Origin: a virus | Reading direction: 5' to 3' (one strand) | Virus record (IMG/VR): IMGVR_UViG_3300044911_002321 | Location: 6,388-70,387 of that record | DNA length: 64,000 nt | In this document: in pieces, positions 7,740 to 16,306 of the stretch | How the letters are laid out: the number at the start of each line of letters is the position of its first letter | How positions within the stretch are numbered: the first letter of the stretch is position 1 | Notes under the pieces: model-generated | What the model was told of the DNA's origin: nothing | Databases searched by the model: none | The model's input: only the letters and a program-made list of their open reading frames with translations | Made by a program: the position numbers and the translations under genes

Positions 7740-7810
7740 GCAGGATGTTGAGTCCTGCAGTAAACCCACCGACGTAGTACTGATGTACTGGTGGGAGGGC
7801 TTAGAGCAGG
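7740..7810 (-). ncRNA. Family B long-hairpin element
   Basis: CCUGC...CCACC..GGUGG...GCAGGA-CUCAACA-UCCUGC. Confidence 0.6.
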
Positions 7811-7812
7811 AA

Positions 7813-8046
7813 TCAGAATGCTACTGCATACATGATGTCTTGAAGCATGGTCATTGAGTAGTTGTAATACTCTCTCATCTCGTAGTAAAGCTCCTTGGTA
7901 CCTGTCGGCATCCCTGACATGAATGTCAGGGAATCAAGGTCTTCCCACTCGCCATCTTTGATCTTCTGGAAGTGAAGCATAGAGCTGTCACCTCCATTCC
8001 AGATGACGCGATGGAGATTATCAAACTCAGGCTTGTAGATCAACAT
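7813..8046 (-). CDS. Hypothetical protein (MLIYKPEF...)
   Basis: ATG about 17 nt downstream of a family A element. Confidence 0.7.
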   Translation of the reverse strand: MLIYKPEFDNLHRVIWNGGDSSMLHFQKIKDGEWEDLDSLTFMSGMPTGTKELYYEMREYYNYSMTMLQDIMYAVAF

Positions 8047-8062
8047 GGTGTTGTGTAGTAGA

Positions 8063-8138
8063 TGCCACGGGATTGTGGCAATAGTTGTGTGGGGCATTCG
8101 ATGCCCCGGCTCACGGCTGGTCAGAAGACCATCACAAC
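8063..8138 (-). ncRNA. Family A tRNA-like element plus UGCCAC hairpin
   Basis: GUUGUG/CACAAC closing stem, UGGUC/GACCA arm, GGGGC-AUCGAAU-GCCCC T-arm. Confidence 0.7.
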
Positions 8139-8315
8139 GTCGTCGGCCTCCATCATCTCCTGGAAGGACATGATCTGCACGTCATGCGTGCCTTGGATGC
8201 CGTCGTTTAACTCGGGTGAGTTAAGTTGGAAGTCCATTTGTGCAGCTTCGATAAGTGCTTCTTCCCACTGGAAGGAGAAGCCGTGCTGCACGCCGTCAAT
8301 CACGATGTAGTACAT
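8121..8315 (-). CDS. Small acidic hypothetical protein (MYYIVIDG...)
   Basis: ATG downstream of a family A element. Confidence 0.65.
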   Translation of the reverse strand: MYYIVIDGVQHGFSFQWEEALIEAAQMDFQLNSPELNDGIQGTHDVQIMSFQEMMEADDVVMVF

Positions 8316-8333
8316 GGTGTTGAGTTGAGTAGA

Positions 8334-8409
8334 TGCCACGGGATTGTGGCAATAACTGAGCAGGGGATTTGATCCCCCAGCATCACGCTCTACTTACGTA
8401 GGCTCAGCT
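8334..8409 (-). ncRNA. Family A tRNA-like element plus UGCCAC hairpin
   Basis: AGCUGAGC/GCUCAGUU stem, CUAC/GUAG and AGC/GCU arms, GGGGG-AUCAAAU-CCCCU T-arm. Confidence 0.7.
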
Positions 8410-8416
8410 AATAACT

Positions 8417-8599
8417 TCAGCCTCGACGGATCTGAAGGTTCCTGTCTGCTTTACAAGCAGCAGAAATCTGCTGAGGCGTTGCTGCCTCGCAGAAGTAATT
8501 CGGATCACCTCCGAAGAAATGATCCGTAACCAAAGTAACTTTGCCGTCGTTAGTACGACGGACAAAGAACAGGTTGTTCAGTTGCATGGATCTCTCCAT
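8417..8599 (-). CDS. Hypothetical protein
   Basis: ATG downstream of a family A element. Confidence 0.6.
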   Translation of the reverse strand: MERSMQLNNLFFVRRTNDGKVTLVTDHFFGGDPNYFCEAATPQQISAACKADRNLQIRRG

Positions 8600-8607
8600 G
8601 TGTGTGG

Positions 8608-8677
8608 TGCCCATCTCCACAGGGGGCAATAACTGGACCAGGGTTTGCACCTGGTCACCCGCTTAGACGGATCAGTT
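8608..8677 (-). ncRNA. Family A tRNA-like element plus UGCCC hairpin
   Basis: AACUG/CAGUU stem, CCG/CGG arm, GACCAGG-UGCAAAC-CCUGGUC T-arm. Confidence 0.7.
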
Positions 8678-8854
8678 GGTTGGATAGTTGTTAGCTGCGC
8701 ACCACGCAAGGTGGATGTCATGTGCCTCTACTGGCCACTCATGGTTGATGCATTGCTTTGCGGTCGCCTTATCCAACTGATGGATGGTGACCTGAGTACC
8801 AATGCCCATGATTGTGGCTGCGGCAATGACAATGGATGCGATGTGTTCGGTCAT
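8672..8854 (-). CDS. Small membrane-anchored protein (MTEHIASIVIAA...)
   Basis: N-terminal hydrophobic helix and C..H.W...H..WC motif. Confidence 0.65.
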   Translation of the reverse strand: MTEHIASIVIAAATIMGIGTQVTIHQLDKATAKQCINHEWPVEAHDIHLAWCAANNYPTN

Positions 8855-8871
8855 GGTTGGTGTGAAGTAAA

Positions 8872-8935
8872 TGCCACTGGATTGTGGCAATGCTGATGGG
8901 AGGACTTGCACCTCCCTGTCCGCTTACGGATCAGC
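8872..8935 (-). ncRNA. Family A tRNA-like element plus UGCCAC hairpin
   Basis: GCUGAU/AUCAGC stem, CCG-UAAG-CGG arm, GGGAGG-UGCAAGU-CCUCCC T-arm. Confidence 0.75.
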
Positions 8936-9116
8936 GCCCGCTATAGGTAACGCGGGAGTTGTTGCGTTGGTTGTAACGGATGACGTCGCCTGTGATGCGG
9001 TCGTTGTAACGGATGACGTCGCCAGTAATACGACGGTCGTTTGATTCGTGCCACTCTTGGGAAGCTGCCTGTGCGGCAGCAGAGAATGCACGTCCGAGGG
9101 ATGTACGGAAACCCAT
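8931..9116 (-). CDS. Small protein with an 11-aa tandem repeat (RITGDVIRYN core)
   Basis: Duplication with a 33-bp period at 8970-8990 and 9003-9023. Confidence 0.6.
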   Translation of the reverse strand: MGFRTSLGRAFSAAAQAASQEWHESNDRRITGDVIRYNDRITGDVIRYNQRNNSRVTYSGR

Positions 9117-9132
9117 GGTGTTAGGTAGTAGA

Positions 9133-9202
9133 TGCCACTGGATTGTGGCAATGACCAGAGCCAGGCATTGCACCTGGCTTGGGAGCTATGACTCACCTGG
9201 TC
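9133..9202 (-). ncRNA. Family A tRNA-like element plus UGCCAC hairpin
   Basis: GACCAG/CUGGUC stem, GAG/CUC arm, GCCAGG-UGCAAUG-CCUGGC T-arm. Confidence 0.7.
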
Positions 9203-9378
9203 TGTAGTTGACGCACGAGCTTGCGCCCTGCGTCTAAGCTGAGGAGTGTGGAGCGATGCCACTCTCCTGGGCATTGCGCCTTGAGGATCATCTTCGTGAC
9301 TCTCACGAGATTCTCCTCCTTGTTCACCTGGAACTTATAGACGGCTTCGTCTGTGGTCAGGGTGAAGTAGATGATCAT
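9193..9378 (-). CDS. First early-region gene, hypothetical (MIIYFTLT...)
   Basis: GAGGA Shine-Dalgarno upstream of ATG 9378. Confidence 0.65.
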   Translation of the reverse strand: MIIYFTLTTDEAVYKFQVNKEENLVRVTKMILKAQCPGEWHRSTLLSLDAGRKLVRQLQTR

Positions 9379-9421
9379 GATTGATCCTCTTGATCTGCGA
9401 CTGACGTGCGCAGAAGTAACG

Positions 9422-9446
9422 GCTGCGTTTAACGTCCAGCTTGACG
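9422..9446 (-). ncRNA. H-type pseudoknot leader element, copy 1 (CGUC-AA-GCUG-GACG-UUAAAC-G-CAGC)
   Basis: Crossing stems CGUC/GACG and GCUG/CAGC. Confidence 0.6.
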
Positions 9447-9619
9447 AATGACCCTTGGATCTATTGCTCACTCTTCTGTCTTGCTTGTGTTGAAACAGTG
9501 ACAATTACCTCGAGCTTCTCGATGAACTGTTCTGTATCTCCCGCAGTGACGCATAGCCGAAACCCGTTGCGCGCGAAGGGATCTCAGGGATTCGTACGCT
9601 GTCTGAAAGTGTTGCAGCC

Positions 9620-9640
9620 TGTGGAAAAACCTGTGGAAAA
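9620..9640 (-). promoter_or_regulatory. Two tandem cyanobacterial-type DnaA boxes (TTTTCCACA)
   Basis: TGTGGAAAA at 9620-9628 and 9632-9640 in the non-coding strand-switch region. Confidence 0.45.
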
Positions 9641-9850
9641 CTCGTGCATGCCCCCGCTCCGCTCCAATTACTTCTCTACCCTCCCACCGTTCTTTTTTTT
9701 CTATGCACATTCGCATTCCCACAGGTGTTGCAAGAACCGTCAGAAAAATATTTTCCCTATTTTGGGTATATAGGGGCCATTTTCACGAAAAATCGTACAC
9801 TATCAACAAAAAGTGTAGACGCTGCAAGGAGTTTGCCCAAGTTTTTAGAC

Positions 9851-9876
9851 AAAAAAGCCGGGGAAGCTACCCCGGC
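9851..9876 (-). terminator. Rho-independent terminator
   Basis: GCCGGGG-TAGCTT-CCCCGGC followed by T6 on the minus strand. Confidence 0.8.
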
Positions 9877-9927
9877 GTTAATTAAATTTACACATTTTCT
9901 AAATAATTAAAAAATTAAAATTCTAAT

Positions 9928-10149
9928 TTAAAATTCTGGACCGCTATTTTGACGTTTAAAGTTACCTGCCGCGACAAACGCACTTTTATATTTGTCTACA
10001 TCTGGTTTCTGACGTGCTAATTCCCGCTGCGCACCAGACGAAAACGTTTTAACAGTAATTGGATCAGCACCTGCATCCTCTAATTCTTTTGTTTTGTCCG
10101 CAATTGCCCTTAATGCAAGTGCACGTTGCGCCCTATCCGCAGGATCCAT
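9928..10149 (-). CDS. Hypothetical protein
   Basis: 73 aa ORF with TAGACT -10-like element upstream and a terminator downstream. Confidence 0.7.
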   Translation of the reverse strand: MDPADRAQRALALRAIADKTKELEDAGADPITVKTFSSGAQRELARQKPDVDKYKSAFVAAGNFKRQNSGPEF

Positions 10150-10256
10150 AGATTTCTTGGTACTTTCGCTGTATATAGTCTAACGTACGTTGTCATTTCT
10201 TGAATTTTGCACCTTAAAATACAGATATCATAAAAATATCAAGCGATAGAACGCAC

Positions 10257-13200
10257 ATGGCGGAATATTACGAAGAATCACGTAACGAAGGTCCAAATAT
10301 CTTAGGAATGGCGGGGCTTCTTGGCTTAGGTGCCCTCGCTGGTGCTGGTGGCTACTACGCATTACGTAACACCAAGGGAAAGAATGCGGCGGCAGAGGCA
10401 TTGACACGTGCTGCCCGTAGTGAACGCCCCCGTGGTGTACAAATGACTGACCTTGGCGCACGACGTACCGGTGATTTTGGACTCGTTGACATTCCACCGT
10501 CACGTTCTGCTCGTGTTACAGGTGATCGTGGTGTAACTCAATCGCCTATAACAAACGATGTTGTAACAAATTTACCGGAAGTCATTTCTTCTGCACCACA
10601 AGAACGAATGGTGCGTCGTCACGGACGTATGGTACCACTTTCTTCTGTACAACCTCGAGTTGCTCCACATGCACCGGAGCAATACTCCAATGTTCCACCG
10701 AGTGTGCCGCCAACTACACCTACTTCTGAACTGCGTTCCCAGGTGTACGCCAATGTAGCTGCCAAGCCTGCGTCGGAATTACCAAGGGTATATAAACCCC
10801 AAGGTGGTACGACCGAAGAAATGCTTGTTACTGATCCCAATACAGGTGAGATTTACCGCAGGGGTGGCGGTGGCGCATATTTTGCGAGTAAAGCGGCAGA
10901 ATTAGCAGGCAACATTGTAACGGACCTACCAGAAGTCGTTGCTTCCGCCCCACGGGAACGAATGGTGCGTCGTCAAGGACGCATGGTACCGCTTTCTTCT
11001 TTACAGCAAAAGCAACCAGCCATCCCAAGTGCAACCGTTGATCTCAATACCTTAGAAGCACAGCCTACCGCTCCCGTTCAAACAACTACACGTTCTCAGC
11101 CACAAGGTCAGTTCCTTGCGTTCCATCAAGAACTAGGCAGAAAAGGTTATAGCTTAATGGGGAATCCTTACGATAATGAACTCATTCTTTTGACCGATAG
11201 TGGAAAAGAGTTATATCTTAAAAACCCACTTTCTTCTCATCCAAAAGAATCTATTCGCCAAGTAGCGTTACAAGAAGAGCAAATTGGTCGTCAAGCCCTG
11301 GCGAATGCAGGGTTTACTTTGGAGCAAGCAGAAGAAGCACGTCTTGAACAATTCCAACGTGCTTTTGGCGGCAACCCTGATTTACAAAACCAAGCAACAA
11401 GCGCAGTCGAATCTGGTGCATCGCAACAAGAAGGACGTGTATGGCAACAGCTCTCACGTAACGAAGATCTTGATAAAACACAGATTGCGCAATTAGAAGC
11501 ACAAGCTGATGCGGACTATAAAGCAATGTTGGGATCTAATCCCAGTGAATGGTCTGGCGTTGAAGGTGACGTCGCAATCAATAAGGTAGCTCAAGCTTTA
11601 CCTGATGGACTTCCCATCGATCAGGCTGAAGGTATTGGCTACGACCTGCGCACTGGAGAACGCTTTAAGTTTGGTGGTGCGCGTCCAGCACGTACGGGCC
11701 TTGCTCCTGGCGGTACTATCGAATTACAAGCAGCCCCTGGCGCAGACCTAGGACAGAGTTCGGCAGCACGGTTCCTTCAGCAACGACGGGAAAAGCTGAT
11801 GGAAGATGCCGGTACTTCCGGACGTTTAGAAACCCAATTAGCCAAGGCATTTGGTCCTGAAGCATGGCGCGAAGATCCTAAAGCTACAAGGCGTCGCAAC
11901 GCACTTAAACTTGGCGCGGCAGGTAATGAGCAGTTTTTTGAAAACTTAAACGAAGGAACCGTAACAATTGCCGGAGAACAATTCCCTGTATCGTCCTTGA
12001 AAGAAGGTGTATACATGGAAGATACCGCACAAAATCTTGTTGACAAAGTCAAAGGCTATAAAAATTGGCTAGGTAATATTCGGTTAGAAGAAACACGTAA
12101 TCAAATTGGTTTAGCAAATGAGCTAGACAACTTGATGGCGCAAGATGCTTTACTTCAAGCCGATGTCGCAAATATGAACGAAGGACGCAGATCTTTCTCG
12201 AGCCCACAAGAACGTGATGCATACATTACGGCAAGCCGAGGTCGTGAAGTTGCTTTAGATCTACAAGACGAGCTTGACGCACGGGTTAACGAGACGTTGC
12301 GTAACTTCGAGATGAGTGAGCGACGTCTCCTTGGCGCTGAGAAAGCAACTGCACGTAACATCCGAAGGGCTGCTGTTCCTCAGAAACTAATGGGTGGCGT
12401 AGAGGAAGGTATTGTTGTTCGTCCTATCCTTACGGCACCAGACAACATGGTGGTTGAAGAAGGTGAGCTTTCTAATATTGAACGTGGGCGTCCTGTTGGT
12501 CAATACATTTCTCAAGAGCAGCTTGAGATTGTTCCAGGAGGCCTTCTATCTGGTGGCCGCGCAAAATCTGTTCCCAACATTGGCTCAGATCTTGGTATTG
12601 ATCCTGAAACTGGTGATCGCATTACGTTACCTAACGTTAATCAAGACACTGGTGAGACCCTCGTTCAGAAGCTTGCCGGTAAGCGTATGGGCGCTGATGT
12701 AAACGTGCGTGGCCGCGGTGGCGTCGCAGGAATGGAAACCAAAGCTTCCATTGGCATCTACGGTCCAGAGCTTGCCGAGTATGGCACTTCTGCAATGACC
12801 AAACAAGGCGAGTATACGCCTCAAGCTAGTCGTCCACCTAGCGCAACTGACTCCTCGGTAGGTGTATATAAAGTTCGTAAGTATGTTGTAGATGACGAAA
12901 ATCCTGAAGGCAAAGCCGTATTCTTTAGTTCTCCCAGTTCTTACGTAGAACCCGAAGCGTATAAGTATTCGCAAGCCATTACTCCACAAGGGTTGCAGTC
13001 TATTGACTTGAGTCGGGCAGTTCAAGGTATTTACGCAAGCGATCCACGTGAGCTGGCAGAAGCCAAAGTAAAAGTTGGCTTGAGTGGTATGGCACAACTT
13101 GCCGGTAAGCAATTACCTCCATCGGCAACCAGTAGCCGTTTTGGTGCCACAGGCCCGTCAACTCCTTTAGAAAGAACTATTCAAGAACGAACTCCAGAAG

Positions 13201-13724
13201 GACAATTTAAGACTTATCAGGTTTCTAATCGTCCAGTAGCTCCGACCGAAGAACCGATTGCAAGTCCCCTGGAACCAACACAGCTTAGCTTCCGTTCTGA
13301 TGTTGTTCCGCCTATTGCACGTACACGCGTATCCGAAGCAGATGCTTATGCAAATCAACTTGCAAACTATATGGCTAAAATGCAAAGAGGACAAACAGAA
13401 GCAACAAGTTCTCCCGCAGTCATTCAACCTAATTTAGTTGTAGCCGAAGAGTATCAATTACCTCTGGCTCTTTCCGCAGGTGCACCTACACCTCAGATGC
13501 AAGGTCCTATGCGTGCTACTCCACAACTTAGAGGACTTGAAGCACCTATACAATATGTAGAGACGTATCAACCAACGTTGTTTGCAGCACCTACTGAAAC
13601 CCTGGCACTTCAAAATCCGGTCGCAAACTTAACCTTGCGTGAAAGAAATGCAGAAAATCGTTTACAACGGATTAGAGAAGACATTGCAAACAGGCAACAA
13701 CGTCGTCTTGCAGGAGGTATCTAA
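10257..13724 (+). CDS. Large hypothetical protein (1155 aa), possibly an internal virion/ejection protein
   Basis: Long ORF with an N-terminal hydrophobic Gly/Ala segment and a 28-aa internal duplication. Confidence 0.8.
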   Translation: MAEYYEESRNEGPNILGMAGLLGLGALAGAGGYYALRNTKGKNAAAEALTRAARSERPRGVQMTDLGARRTGDFGLVDIPPSRSARVTGDRGVTQSPITNDVVTNLPEVISSAPQERMVRRHGRMVPLSSVQPRVAPHAPEQYSNVPPSVPPTTPTSELRSQVYANVAAKPASELPRVYKPQGGTTEEMLVTDPNTGEIYRRGGGGAYFASKAAELAGNIVTDLPEVVASAPRERMVRRQGRMVPLSSLQQKQPAIPSATVDLNTLEAQPTAPVQTTTRSQPQGQFLAFHQELGRKGYSLMGNPYDNELILLTDSGKELYLKNPLSSHPKESIRQVALQEEQIGRQALANAGFTLEQAEEARLEQFQRAFGGNPDLQNQATSAVESGASQQEGRVWQQLSRNEDLDKTQIAQLEAQADADYKAMLGSNPSEWSGVEGDVAINKVAQALPDGLPIDQAEGIGYDLRTGERFKFGGARPARTGLAPGGTIELQAAPGADLGQSSAARFLQQRREKLMEDAGTSGRLETQLAKAFGPEAWREDPKATRRRNALKLGAAGNEQFFENLNEGTVTIAGEQFPVSSLKEGVYMEDTAQNLVDKVKGYKNWLGNIRLEETRNQIGLANELDNLMAQDALLQADVANMNEGRRSFSSPQERDAYITASRGREVALDLQDELDARVNETLRNFEMSERRLLGAEKATARNIRRAAVPQKLMGGVEEGIVVRPILTAPDNMVVEEGELSNIERGRPVGQYISQEQLEIVPGGLLSGGRAKSVPNIGSDLGIDPETGDRITLPNVNQDTGETLVQKLAGKRMGADVNVRGRGGVAGMETKASIGIYGPELAEYGTSAMTKQGEYTPQASRPPSATDSSVGVYKVRKYVVDDENPEGKAVFFSSPSSYVEPEAYKYSQAITPQGLQSIDLSRAVQGIYASDPRELAEAKVKVGLSGMAQLAGKQLPPSATSSRFGATGPSTPLERTIQERTPEGQFKTYQVSNRPVAPTEEPIASPLEPTQLSFRSDVVPPIARTRVSEADAYANQLANYMAKMQRGQTEATSSPAVIQPNLVVAEEYQLPLALSAGAPTPQMQGPMRATPQLRGLEAPIQYVETYQPTLFAAPTETLALQNPVANLTLRERNAENRLQRIREDIANRQQRRLAGGI

Positions 13725-13949
13725 ATGACTAAAGACAAAAAAGACAAGAACTGGATCGACAAGGCTGAGATTAAAAAAGGTGCGTTCACCAAGAAAGCAG
13801 CTAAAAAAGGTATTACCACTGCGCAGTTACAAGAGAACGTACTTGCCAATCCAGAGGATTATGATAAGTCCACCGTTAAGCAAGCAAACTTACGCAAGAC
13901 TTTAGTATCATTGAAAAAGAAAAAGTACCGCAAAGCTGAGGAAGATTAA
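13725..13949 (+). CDS. Small basic protein
   Basis: Lys-rich, WI..A.IKKGAF...A motif. Confidence 0.7.
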   Translation: MTKDKKDKNWIDKAEIKKGAFTKKAAKKGITTAQLQENVLANPEDYDKSTVKQANLRKTLVSLKKKKYRKAEED

Positions 13950-14563
13950 TGGCACGGGATGCACGCCTTGCTGGTCACGGCAGCAATTACTTTTCTGGGA
14001 ATGAACCGCAGCGTTACATTGACTTTACAAAAGACGTCTTTGAGCGAAAAAGTAAAGTAGATTATGCAACGTTGTTTACAACACCTGCTGATAGTTTTCA
14101 AACACCTTTTTCCCCTGGTCGTTTTAATGAAACAGATATTAGAAAAAGCCTTGCGGCACGAAAGTTAAAGTTAAATCCTGGCTTGGGATATGTTGAGTTT
14201 AAAGAAGACGAAAAAGGTCGCGTTGTTCCCAACGAAGTGTTTGCTGGTATTGGCGGACCCTTTAGGCGTGATGAAGATTATGACTTTGAAACAGGTCGCC
14301 CAAAGACAAGACAACGTCCAGAAGATCAGCCTGATTACAATCCCATGTGGAAAGAGATGTATTCCTATAGTCCGACCGTAAAAGAGCTTAGCGAAAATCC
14401 AATGCCATCTTTTTATAACCCAGATCCCACGGGACGTATCATGGAGCGGCAAAAAGCTAAAGCTGAGAATGAAGTGGAGGACAACAAATCTGTTGCGCAA
14501 TTACTTGCGGAAGATAAAGGTGGCAAGGGTAAAAAAGAAGATGAAAAAAGCTCTAAAGCCTAG
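13949..14563 (+). CDS. Hypothetical protein
   Basis: 204 aa coupled ORF. Confidence 0.75.
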   Translation: MARDARLAGHGSNYFSGNEPQRYIDFTKDVFERKSKVDYATLFTTPADSFQTPFSPGRFNETDIRKSLAARKLKLNPGLGYVEFKEDEKGRVVPNEVFAGIGGPFRRDEDYDFETGRPKTRQRPEDQPDYNPMWKEMYSYSPTVKELSENPMPSFYNPDPTGRIMERQKAKAENEVEDNKSVAQLLAEDKGGKGKKEDEKSSKA

Positions 14564-14594
14564 CGCTTTATAATAAAAGAAAAACAATATTCAG

Positions 14595-15290
14595 ATGCCA
14601 GCACCAGTAGTAGCCGCCGCTGCAGCCGCAGCACAACCAGCTCTTTTCGCAGGGTTTATGAACTTACTTCGCCCTGCTTTAATGAGTGGCGGCATTAGTA
14701 CTGCTGTTAGCGTAATGCTGGGTGAAGAGTTACCCAAAGCTTTACTATATGGCGCTGGAGATACTCTGGTTTCTACCGCAGCAATTGGGGGATTACGTGC
14801 GGTAAGACCAGGAAAAAATGTGGAAATAAAAGACGTAAAGACTGGCAAGATAAGAAATGAATATCAGCCAAGTAGATTAGAAACCCCTGTCAATGTTATT
14901 GCTTCCCTTGGAGCGGGCAACTTAGTTAGTGCTGCCCTTGGAAGACCATCTTTATTTGGCCCTGGTCGAGAAACACCTCAACAGCATCAAAGCCAATCTT
15001 TACAAGAAACAGATCTTAGTAATGTTAATTTAGATCAATTAACTGAGCCAGAGTTAGCGCAATTATCTGACGAACAGATCCTTACTATTATTCAACAAAA
15101 CAATCAACGTGACCAAGTTAACAGGAAGCAATTCTTAGATAGTTACATGGATAAGCTTGCCCCTGGAACAATGTTCCAAACTGCCGGACTACCTAGCAGG
15201 CAGTCGATGAACGATGAGTTTATGCGAACTGAAATGAACACCGACTTTGGTGAAATCCAAAAAATGATGGGAGCAATTGCCGGTGTCTAA
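14595..15290 (+). CDS. Hypothetical protein, putative virion protein
   Basis: 231 aa; TATAAT upstream. Confidence 0.75.
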   Translation: MPAPVVAAAAAAAQPALFAGFMNLLRPALMSGGISTAVSVMLGEELPKALLYGAGDTLVSTAAIGGLRAVRPGKNVEIKDVKTGKIRNEYQPSRLETPVNVIASLGAGNLVSAALGRPSLFGPGRETPQQHQSQSLQETDLSNVNLDQLTEPELAQLSDEQILTIIQQNNQRDQVNRKQFLDSYMDKLAPGTMFQTAGLPSRQSMNDEFMRTEMNTDFGEIQKMMGAIAGV

Positions 15291-16275
15291 TCCAAATCGG
15301 TTTCAACGTTTACTATCTAATACTTCGCAAGCATTAAAAGAAGGTGCAAAGAAAAGTGAACGTGCTACACGCATCGCAGATGAAGTTTATCCAAGCGTTT
15401 TAAATATCGCTGGTAAATACCACGACGCATTACGTGCACAAGGAGTTAGCTTAAAAGAAACACCAATCCAAGCTATTGGTGCTTTTGGTACGCGTTTAGT
15501 GACTGACTTAACCAACGACGGCACAAGGGGTGTGTATTGGCGTTACAACCACCCATTGGCAATATTGGATACTGGTATTGAAAACACAATGAAAGCCGTC
15601 GCTGGCAAGGATGCGTACAAAGATTTAGGCAAAACACGAACAGGGTTAATGGCTGCAAGTGTGGCAATCCCAACTACGATCATGAGTGGTGCATTCAATG
15701 TTTTGAATCCAGGAGAAGCTTTCCGTGCCACTGGATACGCGCAAACATATTCTCCTGAGGGTACAGATGATCGCAGACAAACAGAACAACCAGTACAAGA
15801 ATTATTCGATCGCTTCTTCCTTGGTCGTCAAGGAGCACCATTAAAATATGAAACTGCAAAAGCAGAGATTCCGAGTTTAACGCCAGAGCGTTATGCCAAT
15901 TTCATGCAAAATTATTACCAAGATCGTGGTTTCTTGGGACTTATAAAAGCAACTCCTGAAAACCTAGAAGGAATTCCAGAAGCTCGTATGCTTGGCTATC
16001 CAGTTAACATTGCAACAGCTACAACTGCACTTGGTGGACTAGCTGGTTTAACTGCAGGAATACGTAGCACACCAACTAAGACAGTACCTGGCAGAGGCTA
16101 TCGTCAACATACTACAGAAACAGTACGCACTGGTTTAACGCGCCGTGGTTTAATTGGTGGAGCAGCAGGTGCTCTCGCTGGTGCTGCGGTAGGTGCAACA
16201 ATTAACGCAACTATTGCACAAGCTAATCGCCCTAAACTACCAACAGTTGCTGAATATTCAGAAGAAATGCAATGA
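15277..16275 (+). CDS. Hypothetical protein with glycine-zipper-like hydrophobic segments
   Basis: 332 aa; GLIGGAAGALAGAAVG. Confidence 0.75.
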   Translation: MPVSNPNRFQRLLSNTSQALKEGAKKSERATRIADEVYPSVLNIAGKYHDALRAQGVSLKETPIQAIGAFGTRLVTDLTNDGTRGVYWRYNHPLAILDTGIENTMKAVAGKDAYKDLGKTRTGLMAASVAIPTTIMSGAFNVLNPGEAFRATGYAQTYSPEGTDDRRQTEQPVQELFDRFFLGRQGAPLKYETAKAEIPSLTPERYANFMQNYYQDRGFLGLIKATPENLEGIPEARMLGYPVNIATATTALGGLAGLTAGIRSTPTKTVPGRGYRQHTTETVRTGLTRRGLIGGAAGALAGAAVGATINATIAQANRPKLPTVAEYSEEMQ

Positions 16276-16306
16276 TAGAATTAGCAAATAACAGATAGCA
16301 GTAAAC

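Noticed and set aside
1840-9202. Repeats in the early region as a CRISPR array
   Set aside because: Spacing is irregular (hundreds of bp), the intervening sequences are ORFs, the repeats covary structurally and no cas genes are present.
8063-9202. Family A elements as genuine tRNA genes
   Set aside because: Only 44-58 nt long, with no 7-nt anticodon loop, no canonical GTTC and no CCA end.
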